Source: Candidatus Bathyarchaeia archaeon
Lineage (GTDB): Archaea; Thermoproteota; Bathyarchaeia; 40CM-2-53-6
Length of the DNA stretch: 64,000 bases
Direction: 5' to 3'
Assembly (NCBI GenBank): GCA_049517415.1
Contig: JBEKSC010000003.1
Coordinates: 89,733 to 153,732 of the forward strand
Both the position numbers and the translations under genes were made by a program. Position 1 is the first letter of the stretch; the number at the start of each line of letters is the position of its first letter. Positions 1-10,781 of the stretch are shown here, in pieces. The notes beneath the pieces are model-generated. The model ran no database searches and was not told where the DNA came from. It saw only the letters and a list, made by a program, of their open reading frames with translations.

Positions 1-1098
1 GCTAACGACCTCGAATGGCCTTGTTGGCTACGGCGAGGCTGTGCCTACGTTGAGAGTTCAACCAGTGATACAGTCTCTTCGTGAAGTTGCTCGAATCTAC
101 ATCGGCACTGATCCTTGTGACGTTGAGCGTAGTTGGCGTGAGTGGTACAAGCATGACTTCTACCTGCCTGTGTCCTTCGAGTCGACAACCGCGGTTAGCG
201 CATTCGACATTGCCTGCTGGGACATAATCGGAAAACAATTCGGCGCACCCCTACACAAACTGATAGGGGGGGGTCGACGAGAACGAAGGTACGCCTCTAC
301 TCAAACGGATGGTACGACAACTGCGTGATGCCAAGCCAATTTGCGGAACGCGCGAAGAAGTTTGCTGGAATGGGTTACACCGGCCTGAAGTTCGATCCCT
401 TCGGCAATTACTATGACTGGATTGATGCGAAAGGGTTGAGCTTAGCATACGAACGGGTTAAGGCCGTACGGGATGCCACTGGTGGGAAAGTGGACTTGCT
501 CATAGAGCATCACGGAAGATTCAACCCCAACTCCGCCATCATGATCGCTAAGAAACTCGGTGAATTTGACCCTCTCTTCATGGAGGAACCCGTTCACCCA
601 GAGAACATAGACGGCCTGAGAAAGTACAGAGAGGCAACCGATGTTAGAGTTGCCCTCGGTGAGAGAATATTAACCAAAGAGCAAGCGGCCAATATTCTAT
701 CGAACAACCTTACAGATTTACTTCAACCCGACATAACAAACATAGGTGGAGTAACTCAGGCGTTGAAGGTTGTGGCCATCGCTGAGGCATACGGAGTGGA
801 GATTGCATTCCACAACGCCTTCGGCCCTATTCAAAACGCGGTAACCGTTCAATTAGACGTGGCCATACCTAACTTCCTGATTCAAGAATCCTTCTATGAT
901 GTTTTTCCATCTTGGAAACGGCAATTGGTTAGGGATCAGTCAAGGGTTGAGAACGGCTACGCCGCTGTGCCAACAAAACCTGGTCTAGGTGTTGAAGTAG
1001 ACGAGAAAGTTCTAGAGGATCATAAGGTGGAAGGCCAAGAATACTTCAACCCAGACGAACCCGTCTGGGTGGTGAAGAACACATGGGAGACTCCGTAA
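1..1098 (+). pseudogene. Mandelate racemase/muconate-lactonizing (enolase superfamily) sugar-acid dehydratase, 5'-truncated by the window and frameshifted at a G8 run (266-273)
   Basis: N-part ([23 protein letters not shown]) is in the frame of ORF 41-328; the C-part (KFDPF, IEHHGRF, FMEEP, ALGER, QPDI, FHN, PGLGVE) continues in the frame of ORF 325-1098. May be a sequencing error. Confidence 0.8.
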
Positions 1099-1167
1099 GA
1101 GAGCAGATACTGCGTCCAAACTGGGAGAAAGAACGGGTTAAGTTATTGGGAATAGGCGGGATATTTC

Positions 1168-2172
1168 GTGGGGATTCGATTCGGGTATAGGGCAGAAGCT
1201 GAAGGTCATCAACCGGACGAACTTTTGAAGTTCGCCGTCCTTGCTCAAAGCTACGGGTTCGACTTCGTTCCAATAAGCGACCATTTCCATCCGTGGTTTC
1301 ACACTAACGCCGCTTGCCCATTTGCATGGTCATGGATGTCCGCTGCTGCTGCCACGATCCCTAAGATCAGACTTGGAACAATAGTCACCGCGCCGATTGG
1401 CAGATACCACCCTGCCGTAATTGCTCAAGCCTTCGCAACAATGGACGCCATGTTCCCGAACAGAATGTTCCTTGCGCTGGGGACTGGGGAAGCCATGAAT
1501 GACTCTCCGCTCGGCTACCCCTGGCCGAAATTTTCGGAAAGACTGGAGCGGTTCAAGGAATCTCTGGAGATCATTCGCAGCCTCTGGGCATCTGATTTCG
1601 TAAACTATTCGGGCGAGTACTATACGCTTAAGGACGCGAAACTTTACACGAAACCAAAAGGCCGAATACCAATCTATGTTGCGGCCAACGGCCCACATGC
1701 CGCTAGCCTAGTCGGAAAGTACGCGGATGGATATGCAACGGTCGACCCACTAATGGGCAACATCAAGAACCTCTGGCCGATAATTGACGGGGCGGCAAAT
1801 GAAGTCGGAAGGGACGCAAGCCAGCTTACCAAAAACGTCGAGCTCTTCTTCTCATATTCTCAGAACTATGACGAAGCCCTAGCCTCCGCGAGGAAATGGA
1901 AATCTGCCTTGATACCAAACATACTGAACCTACCCATCCATGACCCCAGAGAACTTGAAAGGCAGGGGAACCAAATTTCAGACGACGAACTCGCAAAAGT
2001 GTGGACCGTCACAACTGAAGCTGAACCAATAATCAAGAAAGCCGAGGAAGCCATATCGTTGGGATACAATGAAATCCAACTCCACAGTGCAAGTCCCTCC
2101 GAAGAGAATTTTCTGCAGATGTGCAACAGAGATGTTCTACCTCAACTCAAACAAGACTTCAGTTCAACTTAG
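1168..2172 (+). CDS. LLM-class (probably F420-dependent) oxidoreductase, G6PDH-F420-like
   Basis: SDHFHPW, YHPAVIAQAFAT, LGTGEAMN motifs. Confidence 0.85.
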   Translation: MGIRFGYRAEAEGHQPDELLKFAVLAQSYGFDFVPISDHFHPWFHTNAACPFAWSWMSAAAATIPKIRLGTIVTAPIGRYHPAVIAQAFATMDAMFPNRMFLALGTGEAMNDSPLGYPWPKFSERLERFKESLEIIRSLWASDFVNYSGEYYTLKDAKLYTKPKGRIPIYVAANGPHAASLVGKYADGYATVDPLMGNIKNLWPIIDGAANEVGRDASQLTKNVELFFSYSQNYDEALASARKWKSALIPNILNLPIHDPRELERQGNQISDDELAKVWTVTTEAEPIIKKAEEAISLGYNEIQLHSASPSEENFLQMCNRDVLPQLKQDFSST

Positions 2173-2325
2173 CGCTTCGTTTCACACACTCCCGAATGGT
2201 CGATGCTCCAATGAGTTCATCGAAAACAACCATTAAGGCTCAGCACGAGCGTTTACGAGAACTGAATCAGCGAACCTAATTAGGGCCCCTTCTTGTTGCG
2301 TGCTCCAGAAAAATACTGATGCGCC

Positions 2326-3321
2326 ATGAACCCTGTAGAAGTTAATGAATTGTCGAAAACCTTCGACACAAAAGAAGGACCACTGTTTCGTAAGGTTCCT
2401 AGAACAGTGGTTGCTGTAGACAGCATTAGCTTCAGTGTGCCGAAAGGCGAAATCTTCGGTCTTTTAGGCCCGAACGGTGCGGGAAAGACGACGACTATCA
2501 AAATGCTATGCACTTTGATAACTCCTACATCGGGCGATGCATACGTCGCTGGCTTCAGCGTAGCAAAGGAACAGCAGAAGGTTCGAGCCAATCTAGGGGT
2601 GATGTTAACGGGAGAGCGAACACTCTATTGGAAACTGACGGGGCGCGAGAACCTAGAATATTTTGCCGCCCTATACCATATGGAGTCGAGCTACACGAGA
2701 AACCGCATCGAAGAATTGCTCACGTTGGTAGGTCTGAAGGAACGTGAGGACACATTAGTTGAGAATTACTCAACTGGGATGCGAATACGCCTCTCCTTCG
2801 CAAAGGCACTTCTAAACGAGGCGCCAGTACTCCTCTTTGATGAACCTACAGCAAGCCTCGACCCCCAATCCTCGCACCTAATCCGAGACATTATTCGGGA
2901 TTTGAAGAAAGACGGCTATGCAATCCTTCTCACAACGCACAACATGGAAGAAGCCGACATTCTAAGCGACCGAGTCGCGATAATTGACCACGGGAAGATC
3001 GTAAGTCTCGGCCCCCCATCAGAGCTGAAGCAGAAGGTGAAGAGCAATGATGTTATCGAGATTGAGGGACGCAACTTTTCCGACCAAACCGCTGATGCAC
3101 TCGAATCGTTCAGTGAGGTTTCGAAGGCAGCATATACCTTGCCTGAGATAGCTGGCGAGAAGGGGTTACTTCGAATCCATACTGAGAAGGGCAAAGAGGT
3201 CTTGCCGAAAATTCTCGAATTCCTAGTTAGGAAGCAGGCTACTATAACCAAGGTCAGTTTCATCGAGCCTACTCTAGAAGATGTTTTCATAGCCGAAACA
3301 GGCAGGAGCCTGAGAGACTAG
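2326..3321 (+). CDS. ABC exporter ATP-binding subunit
   Basis: Walker A GPNGAGKT, signature YSTGM, DEPT, H-loop TTH. Confidence 0.92.
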   Translation: MNPVEVNELSKTFDTKEGPLFRKVPRTVVAVDSISFSVPKGEIFGLLGPNGAGKTTTIKMLCTLITPTSGDAYVAGFSVAKEQQKVRANLGVMLTGERTLYWKLTGRENLEYFAALYHMESSYTRNRIEELLTLVGLKEREDTLVENYSTGMRIRLSFAKALLNEAPVLLFDEPTASLDPQSSHLIRDIIRDLKKDGYAILLTTHNMEEADILSDRVAIIDHGKIVSLGPPSELKQKVKSNDVIEIEGRNFSDQTADALESFSEVSKAAYTLPEIAGEKGLLRIHTEKGKEVLPKILEFLVRKQATITKVSFIEPTLEDVFIAETGRSLRD

Positions 3322-3322
3322 G

Positions 3323-4162
3323 ATGCGAACAACGTCCGGGGTAAGGGCAACTTTTGGGGCTTTGGCCGCAATCTTCTGGAAGGGGATAAAGCATTACACA
3401 AGGTACCCGGGCGGATTTGTGATTTACCTAATCATGCCATTCCTTTTTACTATCTTAATCTTCGGCATGGGACAATTTGTGGGCGGCGGGAACGCCGCAT
3501 CGAATTTCGCAGCTCGAACTGGGACAACTAACATTGTGGTCTACGAAATTCTTGGCAGCGCCGTCTGGATGACCAGCTGGGTGGTTGTGGAGGATGTCGG
3601 TGTAGCCTTACGCGATGAGCAAATGAAAGGCACATTGGAGCAAAATTTCTTGGCGCCAGTCAGTCGTTTCACTCTTTTAATCGGCATGAGCCTCACTGAC
3701 ATTGTTATCACAACATTCATTTTCCTGATCGTTGTCGGCGCGACCGTTGCGATCGTTTTGCCCTCCAGCTTTCTGAACCTCATACAAGCCTTTCTCACCT
3801 TACTCATCGGTCTGGTTCCATTATTCGGAATCGGTTTTCTCTTCGCTGGGTTCGTGGTCAAATTCAAGGAACCATACGTGTTCACTCAGTTGGTCAACCT
3901 TATCTTCGCGACGTTGACCGGGACATATTATCCAGTGACCTTTCTACCCTACTGGGTTCAATTCATGTCAGGGGTACTCCCACAGACCTATGTAATCGAT
4001 GATATGCGCCGTATTGTCCTAGCTGACCAGACGCTTGTGGGCCTCTACGGCAGCCTCTTCGTACTCCTTAGCTTAGCACTAGTCTACCCTGTTCTTGGCT
4101 ACGCAGTCTTTAGGTATCTCGAGAAGAAGGCGAGTGTAACCGGTGAATTCTCAAAATACTAA
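3323..4162 (+). CDS. ABC-2 type permease
   Basis: Multi-TM protein, E..KGTLEQ..LAP motif, next to ABC ATPase. Confidence 0.85.
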   Translation: MRTTSGVRATFGALAAIFWKGIKHYTRYPGGFVIYLIMPFLFTILIFGMGQFVGGGNAASNFAARTGTTNIVVYEILGSAVWMTSWVVVEDVGVALRDEQMKGTLEQNFLAPVSRFTLLIGMSLTDIVITTFIFLIVVGATVAIVLPSSFLNLIQAFLTLLIGLVPLFGIGFLFAGFVVKFKEPYVFTQLVNLIFATLTGTYYPVTFLPYWVQFMSGVLPQTYVIDDMRRIVLADQTLVGLYGSLFVLLSLALVYPVLGYAVFRYLEKKASVTGEFSKY

Positions 4163-4973
4163 CTTCACCAAACGATTGTTTGAGGAATTCAAAGCCTCAT
4201 TTCTGAAGGATCTTCGCTCCTACGTGCGCTACCCCGCTTGGGTTTTGGGCGAATTCATCAGCACTCCGCTTTGGTTCTTCTTCTTCGCTCTAGGCGTAAC
4301 ATTGTTCGCCCCTACTACCATCTCGTCCTCTCGTAGCGGTGGTTTAGGCTTCTTCTTTTTCGGTTTCATTTTCATAATTCTATTCAGCACATCAGTCTGG
4401 GGTGTGGGTCAAAGCATTCGTAATGAACAAACCGCGGGGACACTGGAACAATTCTTCCTCGCACCTGTAAACCGAGCAACACTTATCGTTGGTAGATGGG
4501 CACGTGTCTTTCTAACTGACACACTCATAATTACGTACACAACGCTTCTGCTCTACTTGTTTGGCGGCGGACTCGTAACGCTCCTCAATCCGGCGACCTT
4601 TCTATTCTCTTTGGGGCTGTATGAAATAGCCCTAATTGGTTTCGGGTTATTCATAGCGGCCCTAACAATGCGCATCAAATCCTACAACACAATCTCCAAC
4701 CTAGTATTCTTCGGCTACATGATCCTCACGGGCGCCCTATTCCCAGTCACCGTTATCCCCATGCCGTTCCGTTATCTTTCACTGGCCATCCCCTTCACAT
4801 ACTTCAACGATCTCATGCGCCACGCAGCGTTGGGGACTCCAACACTTTTCCCAAACGTCTTAGAATTCGTCGTCGCGGTCTTCTTGTCGATCTTGATGCT
4901 GCTGGTCGGCTTTTTCACGTTCAACGAGATCGAGAAAGGAGCACGCTCTCGAGGCAGCATCGGTACAAGTTGA
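4143..4973 (+). CDS. ABC-2 type permease
   Basis: Multi-TM, EQTAGTLEQFFLAP motif, paralog of the upstream permease. Confidence 0.85.
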   Translation: MNSQNTNFTKRLFEEFKASFLKDLRSYVRYPAWVLGEFISTPLWFFFFALGVTLFAPTTISSSRSGGLGFFFFGFIFIILFSTSVWGVGQSIRNEQTAGTLEQFFLAPVNRATLIVGRWARVFLTDTLIITYTTLLLYLFGGGLVTLLNPATFLFSLGLYEIALIGFGLFIAALTMRIKSYNTISNLVFFGYMILTGALFPVTVIPMPFRYLSLAIPFTYFNDLMRHAALGTPTLFPNVLEFVVAVFLSILMLLVGFFTFNEIEKGARSRGSIGTS

Positions 4974-5093
4974 CTTGCACGTAGGCCGAGACAGCGCTAA
5001 TGCTCAAATGATAAACGTCTGCGGAGTAATGAGTTCTGGAAGCTTTAATGAATGGGATGCCATACTGAGGTCTTGATTGAAAGGCGCTTCTGA

Positions 5094-6134
5094 TTGGTGG
5101 CCACGCTTCGGCTCGGGTATTGGGCTGCGCAGGAACAGTACGACCCGGAACGCCTGTTGCAGTACGCGGTCCACGCTGAAGTTGTTGGCTTCGACATGAT
5201 AGTCACTAGTGACCATTTTCACCCTTGGAGCGACACCGGCGGTCAGTCGGGATTCCCATGGGTGTGGCTCGCATCCGCTGCAGAGAAAACTAGGAAGGTT
5301 GAAGTGGGGACCGCTGTCACGACTCCCCTCTTTCGATACCACCCTGCATTAGTCGCGCAAGCCTTTGCAACGCTCGACAACCTCTACCCCGGAAGAATTT
5401 TCGTAACCTTGGGCACCGGCCACTCCATGAACGAGACGCCGCTGGGTTTCAAGTGGCCTGGGTTTGAGGAAAAAGTTGGAAGGCTGCAGGAAGCACTTGA
5501 GATAATCCAGAAACTCTGGACAGGCGATTTTCTTACTTACGATGGGAAGTATTACCAACTCAACAAGGCCAAGCTCTACACGAAACCCAAGACCAAGATC
5601 CCAGTTTACTTGGCTACTTCGAATGAGCGAGTGGCCCGGCTCGCCGGCCAATTCAGCGATGGAATTCTCACCAACCCTAGAGGGTTGGATCGCTTCAAGA
5701 AGATCGTGAACGCCATGGAGAAAGCTGCCGCGAAAGTAGGCCGCGACCCAGCTAAGCTCAGTAAGAGTATGGAATTCAAGGTCGCCTACGACATTGATTA
5801 TGACCGAGCCCTCAAATCCGCAATGTTCTGGGCAACCACTGCCATACCACGCGAAAAACGGGAGCACGTTTGGGACCCGAGGGAATTGCAGGCGCTCGTT
5901 GGTCCTGAGGAGGAAAGGAAAATCAAAGAGTCCTGGCTCATAACAACTGACTCCGACGACATCATCACACGTCTGGGTGATTTTCTGAAAATGGGCTTCG
6001 ACCGAGTTTACATCCACAGCGCCAGCCCTATCGAGGAACGATTCTTGAACCTGCTGGGACGTGAGATACTGCCGTGGATGAGGGAGTATTATGAGAGCCT
6101 ATTTCGCCCCGTTCGCACAATAACCGTAGAATAA
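5094..6134 (+). CDS. LLM-class (probably F420-dependent) oxidoreductase
   Basis: SDHFHPW, YHPALVAQAFAT; paralog of 1168-2172. Confidence 0.85.
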   Translation: MVATLRLGYWAAQEQYDPERLLQYAVHAEVVGFDMIVTSDHFHPWSDTGGQSGFPWVWLASAAEKTRKVEVGTAVTTPLFRYHPALVAQAFATLDNLYPGRIFVTLGTGHSMNETPLGFKWPGFEEKVGRLQEALEIIQKLWTGDFLTYDGKYYQLNKAKLYTKPKTKIPVYLATSNERVARLAGQFSDGILTNPRGLDRFKKIVNAMEKAAAKVGRDPAKLSKSMEFKVAYDIDYDRALKSAMFWATTAIPREKREHVWDPRELQALVGPEEERKIKESWLITTDSDDIITRLGDFLKMGFDRVYIHSASPIEERFLNLLGREILPWMREYYESLFRPVRTITVE

Positions 6135-6357
6135 CTGACATTACCTCGCGATAGTGTTCGCAGGGTTTGTTGTAGGAAGGATCACTGACACCAGAATTCT
6201 ACTGGTCGCCATGCGCCCTCGGAAAGCACATACCTAATGTAAGCTATTCTTGAAATGAGGGCAACAGTTTGAAGTAGGGTTGCGGTGAAGACTCAGACGA
6301 TGTACTCACGCACTCGGCAAATAACTGTGTAAATTTTCGCAGCCGGGAAGGATTTTC

Positions 6358-7527
6358 TCAAGATGTGACGGAATGATGCCATCTGAGTATGTATTCGGGT
6401 AATCTTAGGCCTCGTTCTGCAACCTTCTCGACCAAGTATATCGGGAGCGGGCTAAGAGCGAAGGCGGCCTTCACGTAGAAACTGTTAGGCCTGCCCTCGC
6501 CACTATTGCCCTTTATTGTGAAGGACAGGTCGGAGGTTGCGGCTATAGTGCTGTCCGGGTTTCCCACTACAGAGGCGACGAGGGCCCCCATCCGTTTGAA
6601 GTTCTTGCACCAGCCGGCCACTATCTCCGTCTCGCCGCTCTGTGAGATTACAATTAGAACGTCACCCGCGCGTGGTGCAGGCGTATTGGATTCTCCAGCC
6701 ACGTAAATCTGGTCGCCCATGGCCCGTTTCACATGGCCAACCCGCACGGCCGTCATACGGGCGACCTCTCTACCGCTACCCAGCCCAACAAAGAAACATG
6801 AGTGTCTCTGTTCGAGGGCGTCTACAAGTGACTTGAAGAAATCTGAGGCAACAAACTCGTCTACAAGCGACCCTATTTCCATAAACAGTTCTTTGGAACG
6901 GACTATTACTCGGTCTGCCGGAGCGTTTTCGTATAGTGCTTCGGCAATGGATTGAAAGAGGACACCCGTGCCCAAAATAAACAAGTCCTCAAGAATCCCC
7001 GTCGTCCGAAATTCCTTGGATTCAGTGGGTTCCTCGTCGGGCTCCCGTCCCTTTAGCAAGAGCACATTACCATACTTAGTCGCGAGTTTCCCGATGGGTG
7101 ACTCACGGTCTGAAGTTATGGCGTCGATGCGGAAATCGCGTGGGTTTCCGTGCTGAGCAATATACATGGCCAAATGTTGGGCGTCAAGAAGCGGCATCAT
7201 CGACTTTCCGCTACCAGAGTTGATCAGCAAACAGACTTGCCCAAAACGCTGCCTCAGGATCGGTGCAGCTTCGATGAGGTTTCGTCCTGGGAATCCAATG
7301 TCTCCACGGTCGAGAACGAGTTTTCCGCCACGCATCTTAGCCATTTCACTGCAAGCGATGCTGAGCGCGCCCTTGGACCGTCCTTCGCCTGATGGGAGAA
7401 TTACTGCGGCACCCATGATATCGTGGTATAGTGCTTCGATTTCTGCCCGGTTTGCTTGGTCGAGGTTTTGGAATATCCGGTTTACGAAGGTGACGTTGCT
7501 GATTTCGCTTGGCATTTCACTCTTCAC
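6358..7527 (-). CDS. Tandem SIS-domain sugar isomerase-like protein (hexulose-6-phosphate isomerase-like)
   Basis: Two SIS repeats (GEGRS..INSGSG; GLGSG..DVLIVISQSGET). Confidence 0.7.
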   Translation of the reverse strand: MKSEMPSEISNVTFVNRIFQNLDQANRAEIEALYHDIMGAAVILPSGEGRSKGALSIACSEMAKMRGGKLVLDRGDIGFPGRNLIEAAPILRQRFGQVCLLINSGSGKSMMPLLDAQHLAMYIAQHGNPRDFRIDAITSDRESPIGKLATKYGNVLLLKGREPDEEPTESKEFRTTGILEDLFILGTGVLFQSIAEALYENAPADRVIVRSKELFMEIGSLVDEFVASDFFKSLVDALEQRHSCFFVGLGSGREVARMTAVRVGHVKRAMGDQIYVAGESNTPAPRAGDVLIVISQSGETEIVAGWCKNFKRMGALVASVVGNPDSTIAATSDLSFTIKGNSGEGRPNSFYVKAAFALSPLPIYLVEKVAERGLRLPEYILRWHHSVTS

Positions 7528-7583
7528 AGCGCATTCTGGCGTCGTTTCAACCTTGATATGAACCTCAAATAAGTGGTTTCGCC

Positions 7584-8309
7584 TTGAAAGTGAGTGATGG
7601 AGATTCTAGGATTGTATGCATAATTCGAGGAAATCAGAATCGAATATATTTTCTCTACTTTTACTCGAAAAAGCTTCTTTTCAGCCACGAGAACTATGCT
7701 GACCTCTTAAGTAGGTTCAAACGCAGTGGCCAGTTTGAGGTTCGCTTGATCTTGGCTACGCTAGGGCAGCAACAAGAGCGGACGGCCTCGACTGAAAAAT
7801 GGCAAATTCAACTGATCGAACTTCTGACCTCTTGTTCGTCGGAATCAAGGCTTGCAATAGTCGGCGTTGGTCACCCAATGCGCGCGGACGATTATGTTGG
7901 CAGCTACACCGTTAAGGCCATCATGGAAGGAACGGACGGAGCGTTGCCTGAGGGAGCCTATCTCTTCGACGCAGAAGACTCGGTGGAAGCACTTATTGGA
8001 AATCTGGCCAAGCTCGGCCTAAGGCATGTGGTATTCATCGATGCCTGCGAGATGGGGCTGCGCCCTGGTGAAGCAAGCCTGCTGTCTGTCGCAGAGACAA
8101 GTTATCCGTTCTTCACAACACATGGCATTCCGCTGAAGGTTCTGGCAGAGCGATTTCTCTCAGAGAGCAAAGTCTGGGTTCTAGCAATCCAGCCCAAACA
8201 GACAGGGTTTGATGTGAGCCTGTCCCAGGAGATTCAACTCACAGCCACGAACGTTTCAGAGTTAATCACGAGAAGTTTGATAGAGGGAGGCGAATCGATT
8301 GCTGATTAG
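7584..8309 (+). CDS. hycI: Hydrogenase maturation protease (HycI-like); true start probably downstream (~7746)
   Basis: IVGVGHPMRADDYVG, FIDA, TTHGIPL motifs; first gene of hydrogenase operon. Confidence 0.75.
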   Translation: MKVSDGDSRIVCIIRGNQNRIYFLYFYSKKLLFSHENYADLLSRFKRSGQFEVRLILATLGQQQERTASTEKWQIQLIELLTSCSSESRLAIVGVGHPMRADDYVGSYTVKAIMEGTDGALPEGAYLFDAEDSVEALIGNLAKLGLRHVVFIDACEMGLRPGEASLLSVAETSYPFFTTHGIPLKVLAERFLSESKVWVLAIQPKQTGFDVSLSQEIQLTATNVSELITRSLIEGGESIAD

Positions 8310-8646
8310 CCTTGACCTTGCTACGGTGATTTTATCGGTCGTAGTCTTCGTGCTCATCTTCTACTTTGTTGCGGGAAAGCTAGGTAAGGTTAGCACGGGT
8401 ACCGGACCGAAATATGATGCCTTTGCAGGGGGAGAAGAACTTCCGCCCGAGCGTGGAAAATACCACTCCGAGCTATTCGTTTACGCGGCTCTCTTCGTGG
8501 CATTCGAAGTAATCGGGTTACTTCTCGCAAGTTCGATCGCTGCCCGAGGGTTCCTCTGGCCGCTCCTATTCGCTTTGGCGGGAGGTTTCTCACTTTTCGT
8601 TATGATGCTTTGGTTCGTGGGAACTGGAGGCGCGGAGCTTGCTTGA
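8299..8646 (+). CDS. NuoA-like membrane subunit of hydrogenase complex
   Basis: 3 TM, KY..FAGGE and FVAFE motifs. Confidence 0.75.
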   Translation: MLISLDLATVILSVVVFVLIFYFVAGKLGKVSTGTGPKYDAFAGGEELPPERGKYHSELFVYAALFVAFEVIGLLLASSIAARGFLWPLLFALAGGFSLFVMMLWFVGTGGAELA

Positions 8647-9061
8647 ACAAATAACAACATGGGCGAGGAAACGTTCCCCTTGGGTCTACCACATAAATGC
8701 CTCCTCATGCAACGGATGCGACATCGAACTTGTCGCTAGTCTCACACCACGCTACGACATTGAAAGGTTCGGAGCCGTCTTGGTACCTAGCCCAAGGCAT
8801 GCAGACGTTCTCATGGTTACCGGAACTGTAAACGCGCAGACCAAAGACAGATTGAAGCGAGTCTACGAACAAATACCCGAACCGAAACATGTGATTGCCA
8901 TAGGAGCCTGCGCAGCCGCGGGTGGCGTATTCAAAGGCTGCTACAATGTCGGCCAAGGAGTTCAAGATGTCATACCAGTCGATATGTTCATCCCTGGATG
9001 CCCACCCCGCCCTGAGGCCATTATGTACGGAGTCCTGAAGCTTTTGGGGGAAGTGAAATGA
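8639..9061 (+). CDS. Group 4 [NiFe]-hydrogenase small subunit (NuoB-like)
   Basis: SCNGCDIE, SPRHAD, GACA, PGCPPRP. Confidence 0.92.
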   Translation: MLEQITTWARKRSPWVYHINASSCNGCDIELVASLTPRYDIERFGAVLVPSPRHADVLMVTGTVNAQTKDRLKRVYEQIPEPKHVIAIGACAAAGGVFKGCYNVGQGVQDVIPVDMFIPGCPPRPEAIMYGVLKLLGEVK

Positions 9062-9540
9062 GCGAAGTTTTGCTTCAACAACTCAAGAAACACGCCGAGA
9101 CCGCTAATGGCAAATTTACGGTTCTGAGGAAAGGCGAGGTCGCTGTTGAAGTCGACCAGGGGAAGATCAAGGGTTTCATCTCGAACCTAGTTAACGATCT
9201 GCGCGTTAGCCATCTCTCAACAATGACAGGCCTCGACCTCGGCCAGAACATTGGAATCATCTACCACTTCTCCAGGGACAAGGATATGATCGACGTGAAA
9301 ACATTCGTCCCGAAGACCCAGCCAACCGCGGTCTCAATAGTGGACATCATCCCAGGCGCAATACTCTACGAGATGGAAATTCACGATATGTTCGGAGCCA
9401 ACTTCGAAGGCAATCCATGGATGGACAGGAAACTGCTCCTCCCGGACACTTGGCCAGCGGACCTGCCACCGCCGCTTCTGAAAAGCTCGAAACCCGCTGA
9501 GATTCGCAAAAGGCTGCATTTGGAGGTTGAAAGCAAATGA
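9058..9540 (+). CDS. NuoC-like subunit
   Basis: YEMEIHDMFG..FEG..LLLPD.W motif. Confidence 0.85.
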   Translation: MSEVLLQQLKKHAETANGKFTVLRKGEVAVEVDQGKIKGFISNLVNDLRVSHLSTMTGLDLGQNIGIIYHFSRDKDMIDVKTFVPKTQPTAVSIVDIIPGAILYEMEIHDMFGANFEGNPWMDRKLLLPDTWPADLPPPLLKSSKPAEIRKRLHLEVESK

Positions 9541-10781
9541 GCGCTGAGCCCACACAACCCAAGCAACGGGAAGAATCTGCGGGTCTAATGAAATACTCAA
9601 CCGAAAACCTTGTTCCATTTGGGCCTATTCATCCTGCGCTAAAAGAGCCTGAATACTTCAAGCTGATTCTCGAAGGCGAAAGAATTGTACAGGTCATACC
9701 GAGAATCGGGTACGTTCACAGGGGGCTTGAGAAAGCAGCTGAAACGCGGCCTTGGGTGCAGAACATGTACATGTTCGAGAGGACATGCGGTATCTGCAGC
9801 TTCGTTCACAGTCTAGCCTATGGCCAAGCCGTGGAAGGCCTAACAATCTACGAAGTTCCGCGACGAGCCAAATTCATCCGGCTAATTATAGCGGAGATGG
9901 AAAGGATTCACAGCCACCTGCTCTGGGTCGGCCTAATGGGCCACTGGGCGGGGTTCGAAACGTTATTCATGTGGGTGTGGCGCGACCGCGAGGTGGTCCT
10001 CGACCTAGTGGAAGCTATCTCAGGCAATCGAGTTCACAAATCAATGAACGCCTTCGTAGGCGTCAGGCGTGACATGCCCGAAGGCATGGAAGATAGAATT
10101 GTCGAGCGCATGAAATTCCTCGTAGACCGGGCGCGGTATTACAAGGAAATCATTGACACTGAAGAAACGATGCTGGAACGAACAGAGAAAGTTGGAAAGC
10201 TAAGCCAGGACACTGCCGAAAAACTGTGCGTTGTCGGACCGATGGCCCGTTATGTGGGGCTACAAAAAGATGTTCGGTTGAACGACCCCTACGCGGCCTA
10301 TGATGAAGTACCCTTCGACATCATCATTAGAAATGAGGCCGACGTCCACGCGCTCCTCCAACTACGCCTGGACGAACTCGTAGCCTCAGCAAACATGATC
10401 AGCTACGCCGTTCAGCATCTACCGGATGGTCCAATCAGGGTTAAGATTCCACCCATAATTCCAGCGGGAGAACATTCAACGCATTGCGAAGCCCCAAGGG
10501 GCGAGATTTTCTATTACGTCAAGTCCGGCGGCGGAAGAACCCCCGAACGCGTTAAAGTCAGGACTCCTACCCTAGCTAACCTCCCTGCAGCTCTGGAGAT
10601 TCTGAAAGGACAGACAATCGCAGACGTACCAATAGTCCTCACAGCAATCGACCCTTGTTTCGGCTGCATGGATAGGATGTCCTTCTTAGACACTGAGACG
10701 AACCGCCAGTGGACATGGTCAGGTGAGGAACTGAGACAATACGGAATCAATCACTACTTCCCAGAGAGGGCTAAGAAGTGA
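9537..10781 (+). CDS. Group 4 [NiFe]-hydrogenase large subunit (NuoD-like)
   Basis: GPIHP, GYVHRGLEK, Ni-binding ERTCGIC and DPCFGCMDR plus C-terminal extension. Confidence 0.92.
   Translation: MSAEPTQPKQREESAGLMKYSTENLVPFGPIHPALKEPEYFKLILEGERIVQVIPRIGYVHRGLEKAAETRPWVQNMYMFERTCGICSFVHSLAYGQAVEGLTIYEVPRRAKFIRLIIAEMERIHSHLLWVGLMGHWAGFETLFMWVWRDREVVLDLVEAISGNRVHKSMNAFVGVRRDMPEGMEDRIVERMKFLVDRARYYKEIIDTEETMLERTEKVGKLSQDTAEKLCVVGPMARYVGLQKDVRLNDPYAAYDEVPFDIIIRNEADVHALLQLRLDELVASANMISYAVQHLPDGPIRVKIPPIIPAGEHSTHCEAPRGEIFYYVKSGGGRTPERVKVRTPTLANLPAALEILKGQTIADVPIVLTAIDPCFGCMDRMSFLDTETNRQWTWSGEELRQYGINHYFPERAKK

Noticed and set aside
9537..10781. NADH dehydrogenase NuoD
   Set aside because: Both Ni-binding CxxC motifs are retained and a maturation protease is in the operon.
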